Below, piece by piece: positions 1 to 13,393 of a stretch of DNA of 64,000 bases. Source of the stretch: Mobula hypostoma. Its lineage: Eukaryota. Position 1 is the stretch's first letter. Every line of letters starts with the position of its first letter. The notes beneath the pieces were generated by a model. It made no database searches. It was given only the letters and a program-made list of their open reading frames with translations, and was not told the DNA's origin. The stretch covers positions 62,994,001-63,058,000 of the forward strand of contig NC_086097.1 of the NCBI RefSeq assembly GCF_963921235.1, read 5' to 3'. The position numbers and the translations under genes were made by a program.

Positions 1-2139
1 TGGGATTGATGGTCCTTCTCGGTGAATCATCATCACTCAAGAAGGATTACTCTGCCCTTCATAATAATGCTTTCTATATTCACCAATTTAACCCACCTCG
101 GAGTCCTGTCACGCACTAAGAAGGACACAGCTCGGGAATGTTCCCAGTAGATGATGCTATGCTCTATCTCATCTCAGAGTGTGTCCTCATTCATTGTTTT
201 GGGCACAGAGAAGGTGGGTCCATCACATAATCATTTGAAGACTCCAGTGTACAATGTTCATGGCACAACTGCCATCCAGAAATACAATCATAGCAGTTCC
301 ATCAACAGCACGTCTCATTAATGGGCTTCGATTTTGTACAAATGTAGAATCACCTATATTAAAGTGGCAATCATGTTATTTCTCCTACTTCATCTGCTTT
401 AAACACAATGTCTTGCTGAGCACTGTATTCATGAATTCCTAGTTCATTCTGACTGTCTGCCCATCAGCAAGCCAGCAGGTCTGTATTGTTGTAGCACATG
501 CTGTATTCGGTTAATGCAGGCCACTTTGGTCTTCATTTAACTGCCTATGACCAGTTTCAGTCTGCCTTTCACAATTTGAACTGTCCAGATTGCCAAACCA
601 TTTAAGTCTGGGTGGTATAGAGTCATTAACATTTTGTGTGGAAGATTTGGTACTATTGCCAGCATTATTTTAACTGAATGGCCCATTACATTACGTGGCT
701 CCATTCCAAGTAGAATGTTCTAATCAGTGTCAGTACAATAGAGCACTAGTGTCCCGATATTACCAGAATGTTCAGCAGAGACAGTTTCCACATATTTTCC
801 TTTCCTTATTTCCAGATAACTGTTGTCTACTGACCAGGGTGTCTATTTCCATTTCTAGTCCTCTTCCACCTCTGCTGAACAACTACCTCCCAAGTTAAAA
901 CCCCACTTCCATTGCACCCAGAAACCAAATTATTTGGGCTGGGGAGTCTCCTCCTACACACTGACAACAACCAAGGTCAGGATCAAACCCATGTAAGGCA
1001 GCACTTCCAGAGTAGGTCTGAGAGGATAGAGGCAAGAAATGGACCTCGTAGTTTTGAATGAGCCCAAATGTATGACGGGAGTGTTGTATGACATTCGTGG
1101 TTATTGCTCCTTAGTGGGTGGTGATGACTGCCTTGTGGAAAGGAGAGGGATGGTAACTAAAGCAAGGTGGTTATATATAGAGAGATGATTGTTAGAAACC
1201 CAACTGAAATATTTTGCTATTTTGAAGCCAGAAATCCAGCAAGGCAGAGTGTGGAGGAACCATTCATACTGATCAGCAAGGAGGCTTGGTTAGACTTGTG
1301 GCTTCAATCATCAATTTGCACAGCATGACAGTGTAGAGATTACCTGTTCCACAGAGTGCCATCAACCTAAAATACAGAACTGTAAAGGCACTTATGAAAT
1401 TCTCTCTTTAAAAAAAACAGCAGATTCTATCATCTCAAGTAAAAATAGAAAATAAAGGATCATTCAGCTGCTTAGGCAGTATCTGTGGAAAGGGAAACAG
1501 AGGTAACACTGCAAATCAATGATCCTTCATCAGAACTGAGGCAATAAGGAGGCACCCATATGGAAAGTGTTCTTCATACCCTTACAACTTTACTTTACTG
1601 TATCCAACAACAAAGATAGTTTGGATACTGTGCTAAGCTGGCAGCTGTTATTCCTATGGAGAGAGGAATAGAGTTAACATTGCACATCCTTGTTTGTTTC
1701 TTCACAGATACAGACCTGCTGAATACCTCCAATATTTTCAACTATTATTTGTGATTTTCTGCAGAAGAATTGTATCCTTTCCCTATCATTTCTGCCTTTT
1801 TTGTTTGGCTCTTTTGGTCTTCTCTCTTCTCCTGCACTTACTTCCACCTCATCATTTCATGTTGATTCCCTGCTTCTCAAGTAGTTTCACTCAGCTCTCC
1901 AATTCTTCAATCTTCCTTTGCTTTTCCACTATCCCCCTGCTGTCCCAGCCTTGAAAATCATCACACTTAATATTTATGTCTCTCATGGCATTGTCCAAGT
2001 GGCTGAACCAGTCATTCATCATTACCCACTAAGGAGCAATAACCGCAAATGTCACACACGACGCCTGCCATACATTTGAGCTCATTCAAAATTACAAGGT
2101 CCATTTCTTGCCTCTATCCTCCCAGACCTACTCTGGAGA

Positions 2140-2435
2140 TGTGGCCTTATAGTGACATGGGTTTGATCCTGACCTCGGTTGTTTTGTGTGTGTGTAGCTT
2201 ACCTGTAACATTGTGGGCTTCCTCCAGATGCTCTGGTTTCCTTCCATATCCTGAACAGTTTGGGTTTGGTGCTGTAAATGCCTCTGTTGTGTAGTTAAGT
2301 GATAGAATCTGGGGAGAGCTAATGAGAATATGGGGAGAGTGAAAAATAGGACTAATGTAGGATTAGTAAAAATGGGAGTTGATAGTTGGTTCAGACTTAA
2401 CAGGCAGAAGGTCCTGTTTCAATGTTGTATATCTC
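2140..2435 (+). mobile_element. V-domain (HE1-like) tRNA-derived SINE, decayed
   Basis: Degenerate B-box GGTTTGATCC near 2160, V-domain-like TGTGGGCTTCCTCCAGATGCTCTGGTTTCCTTCCATATCC, and a CR1-like 3' tail (GGCAGAAGGTCCTGTTTCAATGTTGTAT). Confidence 0.65.
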
Positions 2436-2780
2436 AATAAATCTATAACTCTCAATCATCCTTTTTTATTAAATTAGTAACTTGATATATTGATGTCATC
2501 CATACCAAGGTACACTGAAAAACTTGTCTTGCATACCATTCAGACAGATCGATTCATTAACTGTGCATTGAAGTAGTACAAGGATAAGCAATAATAGAAT
2601 ATAGAATAAAGGGTAACAGCTACAGAGATACAGTGTACGTAGACAATAAGGTGAAAGTTCATAACAAGGTAGATTGTGAGGTCAAGTCCATCTCATCAAA
2701 TGAAGATTCAAGGTACATTTATTATCAAAGTATGTATGCAGAATACAACCCTGACTTTCATCTTCATTACAGACAGCCAT

Positions 2781-3225
2781 GAATCAGAATCAGAATCAGG
2801 TTTATTATCACCGGCATGTGACATGAAATTTGTTAACTTAGCGGCAGCAGTTCAATGCAATACATAATCTAGCAGAGAGAGAGAAAAAAAATAATATTAA
2901 ATAAAATAAAACATAATGAACAAGTAAATCAAATATGTATAGTGAATAGACTTTTTAAAAATATGTGCAAAAACAGAAATACTGTATTTTAAAAAAAAGT
3001 GAGGTAGTGTCCAAAGCTTCAATATCCATTTAAGAATCGGATGGAAGAGGGAAAGAAACTGTTCCTGGCTCGCTGAATATTTGCCTTCAGGCTTTTGTAT
3101 CTCCTACCTGATGGTAACAGTGAGAAAAGGGCATACCCTGGGTGCTGGAGGTCCTTAATAATGGACGCTGCCTTTCTGAGACACTGCTCCCTGAAGATGT
3201 CCTGGGTACTTTGTAGGCTAATGCC
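2781..3225 (-). mobile_element. Rex1/Babar-type LINE 3' end, nested in another repeat tail
   Basis: ORF 3019..3336 ends CLRKAASIIKDLQHPGYALFSLLPSGRRYKSL...RNSFFPSSIRFLN, the typical C-terminus of this group. GAATCA-repeat tail at 2781. The flanks 2705-2780 and 3228 onward match an uninterrupted copy near 46200-46310. Confidence 0.75.
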
Positions 3226-3984
3226 GGCAAAGAAAACCATGGAACCCATCCAAAGAAAGCCATCAACCCTGCCACTCCATGTGCAAAAAAACCACACAAA
3301 TGGCAAAAAAAGTGAAAAATGCAGAATATAAAACACAAAATCAAAAGATTCCAGACATATTCAGTTCAGCTCAATGTTGGTTATCTGCAGGCCACCCTGA
3401 TTCAAAATCACCCAAGACAGCAAGAAGAAAAAAGGAGCGACTAGAAACCAGAAACACTTCATAATTTTAACTAGAGTCTAATCTAGAAACCACATTAATT
3501 AAACCTTGTCCAAGATCCAGAACTCCAGCACCATCCTCTGACAGCATCGAAGAGAGAAAGAGAGTATTCGAATGCAAAGACCTTCCCCAGGCTGCGGCAA
3601 CTGAGAGGCTGGTAGATGGCACTGAACACCCCCTCGATTTCCACACTTGCCTCAATGATTTCAATCTTCCTCGGTGCTTTAATCAGTGAGACCGGTGAAA
3701 TATGGAGTCCGTCATGGGCTCATGACTTCTCTCCAGGCTTCAGGGCCTCAAGGCTGCACCCTTTGCTTGAAGCCTCACACAACACCCTTGGAGACAGCAA
3801 AGTGACACCCCCGGAGACAGCAAAGTGATTGAATATTCTATATTCAATCGGCCTGATAACACACCACCACCAAAATGTAGATCACAGACCCCAACAGTAG
3901 CAAAACCACATATGAAAGAAAAAGAACATGTGAAGAAATAGTTTGGCAATCTCTCACCAAGGGAAGCACTCAACAGTGCTTTTA

Positions 3985-5712
3985 AACTTGCACCTTCTCA
4001 ATGCAGGGGGTTTCAATGGGGCAGAATTTGTTAAGTATATCTAGGAGAGTTTATAAAATCAAGATGTGGATGGTCCAATGAGAGGAGGGGCTGTTCTGGA
4101 CCTGGTGTTGGGTAATGAGCCTGGCCAGGTGACTGACATTTCAGTGGATGAGCAGTTAGTGAAAAATGACCACAACACCTTTACTTTCAGGATAGCTATG
4201 GATAGGGATAGGGATAGTCCTTGCCGGAGAGTTTTAAATTGGAGTAGGGTAGATTACAAGAGCATTAGGCAGGAACTAAGAGGAGTTAATTGAGAACTCC
4301 TTTTTGTTCTGGCAAGTACACATCAGAAGTATTGAGGAGATTAAAGATCAATTACACAGAGTACAGTAAAGGTATGTTCCTGTTAGAAAGAAGGACAGGA
4401 ATGGAAAGATAAGAGAACGTTGGATGTCCAGAGAGGTGATGAATTTAGTCAAGGAGAAAAGGAAAGGTATGTAAAACTTCAGATGTTAGGATCAAACAGA
4501 GCACATGAAGAGTACAGAGAAGCCAGAAGAGAAGTGAAAAAGGAAATTAGGAAAGCGAGGGGGGGCTATGAAAAGCCCTTGGAAAGTAAGATTAAGGTGA
4601 ATCCCAAGGCATCAAGAGCAAGAGGTTAACTAGCGAGAGGGTAGGGCCCCAATAAAAGTGGAAATATTTGCTTGGATGCGGAGAATGTGAGTGAGGTACT
4701 TAATGAGTACTTTGCTTCAGTATTTACCAAGAAAAAGACATGGAGGACCAGGAGATCTGTGCTGAGTGGATGAAGATGTTAGGGCATTTAGAGGTCAAGG
4801 AAGAGGAAGTATTGGGCCTCCTAATGAGTATTAAGGTGGATAAGTCCCCAGGGCCTGACAGGATTTACCCCAGGTTATGGAAGGAAGCGAGAGACTAGAT
4901 TGCTGGGGCCTTGACCAATATCCTCATGTCCTCTCTAGGCACAGGCGAGGTCCTGGAGGACTGGTGAGTGACTAATATTATACCTCTATTTAATAAGGGA
5001 ACAAGGCAAAATCCTGAGAACTATAGACTGGTGCATCTTAAGTCAGTTGTAGGGAAATTGCTGGAAACAATTCCTAGGGATAGGATATATGAGCACTTGG
5101 AAGTCTATGGTCTCATTAGGGAGAGCCAGCATGGCTTTGCACGGTGCAGGTTTTGTCTTACGAACTTGATTGAGTTTTTGACAAGGTGATGGAAGAGACT
5201 GATAAAAGTAAGGCAGTGAATGTTGTCTTCATGGATTTCAGTAAAGCACTTGACAAAGTCCCTCATGGGAGGCTAACCCAAAAGATTGAGATGACCATAA
5301 GACCATAAAACCATAAGATATAGGACCAGAAGTAGGCCAATCAGCCCATTAAGTCTGCTCCACCATTCAATCATGGACTGATCCAATTCTCCCAGAGATG
5401 TGTGGGATCCACAGTGAATTAGCTGTTTGGATTCCGAACTGACTTGCGCGTTAAAGACAGGGGTAGTGGTTGAAGAGACTTAATCAAGCTGGAGGTCTGT
5501 AATTGATGACGTTTCACTGGGATCTGTGCTAGGTCCTCTGCTATCTGTGATGTATATAAGTGACCTGGATGAAAGTGTAGATGGGTGAGTTAGTAAGTTT
5601 GCAGATGATACCAAAATTGGTGGAGCTGTGGATAGTGCAGAAGACTGGCAAAGAATAGAGTGTGATGCAGATCAGTTGCAGATATGGGCAGCGAAATGGC
5701 AGATGGAGTTTA
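3985..5712 (+). mobile_element. CR1 LINE ORF2 remnant (endonuclease end to RT)
   Basis: Peptides RGGAVLDLVLGNEPGQV, IPLFNKGTRQNPENYRLV..SVVGKLLE, ESQHGF..CLTNLIEF and KFADDTKIGG, with many stops and frameshifts. Confidence 0.92.
5294..5394 (-). mobile_element. Short CR1 3' tail inserted into the older CR1
   Basis: (ACCATAAG)n tail, flanked by GAGATG at 5288-5293 and 5395-5400 (candidate 6-bp TSD). Confidence 0.7.
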
Positions 5713-7068
5713 GAAACATAGAAACATAGAAAACCTACAACACAATACAGGCCCTTTGGCCCATAATGCTGTGAAAACAAGTATTTACTTTAGAAATTAC
5801 TTAGGGTTACACATAGCCCTCTATTTTTCTGAGCTCCATGTACTTAACCAGGAGTTTCTTAAAAGACCCTGTTGTATCTGCCTCCATCACCGTTGCCAGC
5901 AGCCCAATCCACACACTCACCACTCTCTGCGTAAAAAACTTACTCCTGACGTCTCCTCTGTACCTGCTTCCAAGAACCTTAAAACTGTGCCCTCTCAAGC
6001 TAGCCATTTCAGCCCTGGGAAAAAGCCTCTGACTATGCACACAATCAATGCCTCTCATCATCTTATACACTTCTATCAGGTCATCTCTCATCCTCCGTCA
6101 CTCCAAGGAAAAAAGGCCAAGTTCACTCAACCTATTCTCATAAGGCATGCTCCCCAATCCAGGCAACATCCTTGTAAATCTCCTCTGCACCCTTTCTATA
6201 GTTTCCACATCCTTCCTGTAGTGAGGTGACCAGAACCGAGCACAGTACTCCAAGCGGGGTCTGACCAGGGTCCTATATAGCTATAACATTACCTCTCGGC
6301 TCTTAAACTCAATCTCACGGTTGATGAAGGCCAATACACCATATGCCTTCTTAACCACAGAGTCAACTTGCGCAGCAGCTTTGAGTGTCCTATGGCAGTG
6401 GTCCCCGACCTCCTGGCCGCAGACCGATACATTGCCGCAAAGAATGCAGCGGTGCAGCAGTAGCCAGAACGTGCCCAGCACATCTTTAAGAAAAAAGCCG
6501 AAATAAACAAGCTAATTAATTAGGTGCCGCTGGGCACATAAATATCGGCCCAGATCAGAACCACTGTCCTATGGACGTGGACCTCAAGATCCCTCTGATC
6601 CTCCACACTGCCAAGATTCTTACCATTATTACTATATTCTACCATCATATTTGACCTACCAAAATGAACCACTTCACACATCTGGGTTGAACTCCATTTG
6701 CCACTTCTAAGCCCAGTTTTGCATCCTTTTGATGTCCCACTGTAACCTCTGACAGCCTTCTACACTGTCCACAATACTCCCAACCTTTGTGTCATCAGCA
6801 AGTTTACTAACCCATCCTTCCACTTCCTCGTCCAAGTCATTTACAAAAATCACGAAGGGAAGGGGTCTCAGAACAGATCCTTAGGCTCACTACTGGTCAC
6901 CGACCACCATGCAGAATATGACCTGTCTACTAACCACTCTTTGCCTTCTGTGAGCAAGCTAATAGTGGATCCACAAAGCAATATCCCCTTGGATCCCATG
7001 CCTCCTTACTTTCTCAATAAGCCTTGCATAGGGTACCTTATCAAATGCTTTGCTGAAATCCATATACA
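5712..7068 (-). mobile_element. CR1 LINE, 5'-truncated (RT C-terminus plus 3' tail)
   Basis: (AGAAACAT)n tail at 5712. ORF 5807..6091 reads RDDLIEVYKMMRGID..RGHSFKV..FFTQRVVSVW; VKKAYGVLAFINREIEFKSREVML lies upstream. Confidence 0.93.
6396..6566. mobile_element. Non-autonomous hAT (Charlie-like) MITE, 171 bp
   Basis: Termini CAGTGGT...ACCACTG and a perfect 8-bp TSD TCCTATGG at 6388-6395 and 6567-6574. It interrupts a CR1. Confidence 0.85.
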
Positions 7069-8555
7069 CTACAACACTATATGTTGTATGACAATGAATC
7101 CAATGACAGAATTAATGGCTTTGGCATCAAGTTTGCAGAGAATACAAAGATAGATAAGAGGGGTAGGTAGTGTTGAGAAAGCAGAGAAGCTACCAAAGGA
7201 CTAAGACGGATGGGAGAATAGGTTAAGTCAGACTCCAGCTAGCTGGAGGGTGAGGCTGTATATTATTCTTCTGCATGTAACTCCCATGAGGATTTCATTA
7301 GGGTGGACAACTATTAGAAGTTATCAAACATACACAATGAAATGCCCAGGGCATTGAGGATAGAGGAGGATGATGGGTACTGGGCTTTTAGCTGAGTGTT
7401 TCCAGAGTGAAACCAAGAAGCAATTCCATTTGTACACCATCATACAGCAGCTGATGTGTGATGTCACTGATTACACAAGCAGCAGCCAGCCAACATCACC
7501 GGTGGCAGCAGAGGCTCAGAGTGCCATAATGTGGGATGCGGATTCAGAAAAGGCTTCCAAAGCCTGTTGAAATCAGTTACTCACAATTTGTAGTGATTAA
7601 TAATCCCTTTAGAATTGGGTTTTCTGAGCATCTATGGTTGCATTAAGTTCCAGAGTGCCTGTGCTGTCTGCAAAACACTCTTTCGTGCTCTTTGGTAGCA
7701 ATTCATTCACCTCGGTGAAAGACCTCACTGGTATGGCATCATTCCAACATAATCTAAGTAGTGTATGCATGTCAGTTTTGGAGCTTTTGGACATCTGTAA
7801 GCCAGGAGCTTTTTTCATCCCAAATATTCAAGTAATTGGTACTTGTGATGTCACAAAGCAGCCATTCTGCCCATTGAGTTCATGGCAGCTCCTGGACAAG
7901 GAATCCTACTAGACCTATTCACCCTATTACCGGGAAAGTCTGCAACTTGTTCTCTCTTGCAAAGGCCCACCAGAACCCCTTTGACTATTTTGGTGAATAA
8001 TTATTGTAAAATATGATTTCCAACAATCGATTACCAACACATCTTTGGGATGTGGGAAGACATCTGAGCAAATGCAGGCAACCCACATAATCCTGGAGGT
8101 AATATGCAGACTATGTAGAGGTTCCTGAAGCTGTGAGGCAGTGATGATAAGTTCATATTTCTGTGCCAACCTGTAAATTAGATTGCAGCAAATATTACCG
8201 TCTCCACCTCTCCGACTGCTCCAAAGCTCAAGCAAAATCTATATAATAGCTATTATTTAAATTTCCTGATCTTGTGGTTATTTTACCTGTATTTATATTT
8301 ATTTATACTTTCTTTGGCTGAAATGAGTCACCATCAAAGCTATGACTTTGCGTTAGAGTGCATGTTATATAAACTATGCACTTCACTGCTACTTGACTAG
8401 TTAAATTGGAATGAATAATTAACTCTAAGTTTAATAGTATTTCAACTGGTGATTTGTCATTGCATCTAACACTTTAGCTAAGAATCTGGAGAGATTTGTT
8501 TAGAAAAATTGCGCTCGTGTGAAATGACGAAAAGAATATTAAATTTTATAAAGGC

Positions 8556-9800
8556 ACAAGATGCTGGAAGTCTTGAACACACACAGAATGCTGGAGGAAT
8601 TCGATGGGTCAGGCAGCAGAATGGACGGGAATGGACAGTCAACAGTTTGGGGCGAGAGCCTTCATCAGGACTAGAAAGGAAGGGGGCAGAAGCCAGCATG
8701 GAAAAGGTAGGAAGAGGAAAAGTAGTACAAGCTGGCTGGTGAGAGGTGGGAAAGGTAAAGGGCTGAAGAAAAAACAGCCTAATAGAAGAGGACATTAGAC
8801 CATGGAATAAAGTGAAGGAGGTGGGGAACCAGTGCAAGGTGGTGGGCAGCTGATGAGGGTGAGGGAGGGAAAAGTAGGGGTGAGAGGGCCACGGGAATGT
8901 AGGAAAACAAAGGAGGGCAAAAAAAGAGGATAGTGGTTACCAAAGGTTAGAGAAATTGATCTTCATGGTGTCAGGTTAGACACCAACAAGGTGGAATCAG
9001 GTGTTGTTTCTTCAGCCTGTGTTTGACTTCATCATAGAATTGAAATGGTTGACCTTTAGGAAATCCTAGCTGTTGCAGCAGATGGAGCAAAGTTTCTTGA
9101 CAAAGCAGTTCCCCCAGTCTGCGTCGGGTCTCACTGATTTAGAGGAGAACTGAATGCAATAAGTATTCTCGGCAGGCTCACAGGGGAAGCATTGCCTCAT
9201 CTGGAAGGACAATTTGGGGCCCTGAATAGTGGTGATGGAGGAGGTACAGGGGCAAATGTAGCACTTAGCATGGTTGCAGGTATAAGTGCCAGGAGGGAGA
9301 TCAGTGGAGACAGACTCATGGACAAGGGAGTCACGTAGAGAGTGACCCCTGCAGAAAACAGAGGTGGGTGCGGCAGAGGGAAAGATGTGCCTGGTGATGG
9401 GATCCTACTAGAAATGAAGTAAGTCACAGAGAATGATGTGTTGGATATGAAGACTCATAGGGTGGTAAATGAGGACAAGAGGATGCCTATTCCTGTTACG
9501 TTGGGAGGTGGAATGTGGTGAGGGCAAATGTGCAGGAAATTGAGGAGATGTAGGTGAGGGCAACATTGTTAGTGGTGGAACGGAAACACTGTTTAAAGAG
9601 GACATCTTGAATGTCCTGGAATGCAGAGTCTCATCTGAGAACAGATGCTGCATAGGCAGAGGAACTAAGGGAGGACTGATGCGGAGTTTTGAACCAAAAC
9701 ATCTTCAACGCCTTTCCTCCCTCAAATGCTGCTTGACCCACTGAGCCTTTCCAGCAAATTATTTGTTACTGCAGACTCCAACACCTGCGGTCCTTTGTAT
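8556..9800 (-). mobile_element. Penelope-like element (Neptune-like) 3' half, with an inverted terminal-repeat copy at about 9675-9800
   Basis: Terminal repeat with a degenerate hammerhead (about 8636-8672, minus strand). Decayed GIY-YIG region near 9100-9230 (QGPKLSFQMRQCFPCE). Homologous to the plus-strand copy at 36440-37260. Confidence 0.8.
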
Positions 9801-11665
9801 CAGTCTCCTTCTGGAAGTAATTTGGAAACAATTTTTCATGCAAACGTTAATGGAGATGCTGATTATAGATCTAGTACGATTGTAAAGCAATTACATACTT
9901 GCTTGCCAAAAACAAAGGGACATGGAACAAAGGTGGATTGTTTGAGCACGGATGGAGGTCACCAAAGATATAGCAGAATAACAGCAAACATTAGTAAGCC
10001 TGAATGACCTTCTGTTCCCACGTATTTAAATTGTTTTGTTTAAGGTGTCATTTTAATCTAACTTAATAATGACAAATATATATTTATGCTTACTTAAAAA
10101 ATACATAAAGTAATGACATTACAATTGTAAAGTCCATACTAGAAATATTTCCCAAATTTCAGAGCCAGCCAAAAATAAAGAGTGACCTTCTTCCATTACC
10201 TACACTTGCCCTCAGTTCTTTTGTGGATTTTTACACAAGAACCTATGGTTACTCAAAATCAAAACCAGTTCATGTTGCTTCCATGGAACCCAAGGGCTTG
10301 TGGAATCTTTAACCTATCAAACTGAAAATGAATCAAGAACTACATCAGAATAATTTCTTTGTAAGCAAATCATGTGCTGTTGTGCACTACGACTCTATTA
10401 AAACAAAAGTATAAGCAGAGAAAAATAGGGAAATAAAGAAAGACAAGACACAAGAGGAAAATAATAAATATCATTTTATAGAGATCTTAAATTCCTTTTA
10501 CTTCAACTATGATTAAAAATAAAGTTCACACTTCACTTCCACATGATTTTAGTCCAGGAGATGCAGTTTGGTAATAATTAATTTGGCTTTAAAGTTTATT
10601 ATCACTGGAATGGACAGGACTTAGTGGGTGGTTGAGTAGGTTAGCATCACACCAAACCATGCGTTTCAATATAACATTTCTTACAGTGAGTTCACGACAG
10701 CAAAACCTCAGCAAGAGAAGGATAACTTCAATTTTCTAATTTCTGCATTTCACCTCTCATGCTGATCACTAAAAGTTGTTGCTTAATTTACTTTTTAATG
10801 GCAGTGAGCACTGATTAATAATCAGATAACCTGAACCAGCATGTTCATAAATTAAAGGAAACTACCCATAAATTAAAGAAAACTACCACAAAGAACAATC
10901 AAATCCATAAAATGCATCATTTTAGTACTAAGAGAGAAAATATTTGAGATTATTGATCAGTGTAATCCAGATTCTCTGATGAAAGTGCACATATTAAGCC
11001 ATAATCTCCGCACTATATTTATAACATCATTTAATTCTGGGTGAAAGGAATCTTTTTCACATTTTAGCTGATCTTTCCTCAATTTAAATACAATTCTTCT
11101 GCAATAAAGGGGTTGAATTCATGCATGATGGTTATTGTGAATTAAATCTCACAGTGGGGAAATGACAATTTTTTTTCATCTTATATTTACTGGCAAAAAC
11201 AAGGAGCTCAGTGGAGATCCTAGGCACTTGGGCCAGTCGCGAGAGCACTGGGTCCTCCTCCACAGCTGGAATGGAAACTGGTTCAAGTTCCCCGCAGAGA
11301 ACAATACAGACTATTGAAGCTACAAAAGAAAAGTTTGACAATAATGTCCAAGATTTTTAAACAGACCAAAAGGAAAATGCCATAATAAGAGGACAGATAG
11401 TGCTTCATTCAGCCCACAAATCACACTCACCTCACAACAGTCTGTGAATCCTGCAACTGTACCAACTTCTTGAAGCCCTGCAGGACAAATTAGCATCCAG
11501 GTCTTGCTGCTGCAGCCATTCCATGACATAGAGCAACCAGCATCTAGTCCTGAGGTCATGGACCTGAGACCTCATAGTAATGGTCATTTTAACTATTTCT
11601 ATCTGTTTCCAATGGTAATTTAAAAATCTGTTGAAATAATATAGAAAGTTAGAAATCATTCTAAA

Positions 11666-12425
11666 GACCAGACCATAAAACATAGGAGCAGAATTAGGCC
11701 AATCAGCATATCAAGTCTGTTCTGTCATTTCATCATGGCTGATTTATTATTCCTCTCAACCTTCACCTCAGAACCTTTGAGACCCTGGCTAATCAAGAAC
11801 TGACCAACCTCTGCTTTAAATATACTTAAAGACTTGTCCACAGCCATCCTTGGCAGTGGATTCCATGGATTCACCAGCTAAAGAAATTTTAAAGATGGCT
11901 GAAGAAATTTCATCTAATATCTGCTTTAAACGGACATCTCTCTATTCTGAAGCTGTGCCTTCTGGTTCTCGACTCCTCCACTATTGGAAACATCCTCTCC
12001 ATCTAGGCCTTTCAATATTCAATGGGTTTCAATGGGATTTCACCCCCTCCCCATTCTTTCAAACTTCAGCAAGTGCAGGCCCAGAGCCATCAAACACTCC
12101 TCTGATGTTAACCCTTTCATTTTCAGAAGTATTCTCATGAACATCCTCTGGACCCTCTCCAATGCCAGCACATCTTTTCTTAGATAAAGGGGCCCAAATC
12201 TGCTCACAATTCTCTAAGTGCAGTCTGACCAATGCCTTATAAAGTCTCACCATTACATCCTTGCCTCTCAGAATGATTCCTAATATTACATTAGCCTTCC
12301 TTATCACCAACTCAACTTGGAAGTTAACCTTTCCGGGCTCCTGCACAAGGTCTTCCAAAGTCCCTTTCCATATCAGATTTTTTAATTTTCTCCCCATTTA
12401 GAAAATAGTCTACACCTTTATTCCT
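11666..12425 (-). mobile_element. CR1 LINE 3' fragment
   Basis: GACCATAAAACATAGGAGCAGAATTAGGCC tail; ORF 12059..12397 contains VIRKANVILG..LYKALVRLHLENCEQIWAP. Confidence 0.88.
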
Positions 12426-12664
12426 TCAAATTTGTGTGCATTCAAATATATCTTCAATCCTGTGTTCATCACCCTTTTCATTTTTGCCCCCATGTTACAC
12501 TTCAACTCATCCCACTGACAGCAATATTTGCCATCAGTGATTGTCCTATGTTCTGCCTGACCTTCCTCTTAGTCTGGCTACACAATGCATTGACTTGTAT
12601 GACTAATGTCCCATCCTCAACCTATCACGCTGGTTCCTATACCCCTGCCAATGCATCAGTATTT

Positions 12665-13200
12665 GGAGGAACTTAAGCAGTGTCTGTGGAGGAAAATGGA
12701 TAGTCAAAATTTCAGGTCGAGACCCTTCTTCAAGAGTGAAACGAGAGAGGGGAGAGAGTCAGTATGAAAAGGTGGAGGAACGGGTGGTGTGAGAGCTTGA
12801 CAGATGCAGGTGAGAGGAATTATAGGCAGGTGAGAGTGGGGAGAATGAGGACAACGTAGAAACCTGAGAGGTGATAGGTGGAAATGAAAAAAAGGGGGCT
12901 AAAAGATATGGAATCTGATTATAGAAGACAGTGAACCATACAAATTGATGTTAAAACCATCAGACTGTAGACAGGCAAGGTAGAATATGAGGTGCTATTC
13001 CTCTAATCCCCAACCAGATGACACGAACATTGATTTCCATGAGGTCTGGTAACCACTCCCCTCCTCCTCAGTTTCCCTTTATCTCACCTGTCTCCATCAC
13101 TTCATCTCTTTCCCTCCTCCACCCTCTCAACATGCCTATCACCAGTGCCCTCCTCACCTCCTTCCTTTTATTCTAGATTTCCAGCATCTGCTGTCTCCTT
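12665..13200. mobile_element. Old Penelope-like terminal-repeat remnants in inverted arrangement
   Basis: A minus-strand repeat (TTTCAGGTCGAGACCCTTCTTCAAG plus purine-rich tract) is followed by plus-strand CCAGATGACACGAACATTGATTTC, a pyrimidine tract and TTCCAGCATCTGC. Confidence 0.6.
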
Positions 13201-13393
13201 TAAAGACTGAACAAATTTTACTCATAAGCACACGAGAGAAATGATTTTAAAATATTAACATTGAGTAATGTAAAGAAGTCATAACACAAAACAATTCTTA
13301 TTTTCCATGTAGTGAACATTTTGAACATACTGGACCACATAGGCAAAAAACAGAGGTTATACACAGTCCTTAGCAATGCAAGCCTAAACCCTG

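Noticed and set aside
7233..7248. 16-bp perfect palindrome CTCCAGCTAGCTGGAG
   Set aside because: It is isolated at a repeat junction with no supporting context.
7609..7900. Protein-like minus-strand ORF (LCWNDAIPVRSFTEV...)
   Set aside because: It is short, has stops upstream in the frames I checked, and shows no good splice sites or recognisable family.
13268..13279. Short match to miR-1 (AATGTAAAGAAGT)
   Set aside because: The seed end is missing and I see no complementary arm forming a precursor hairpin.
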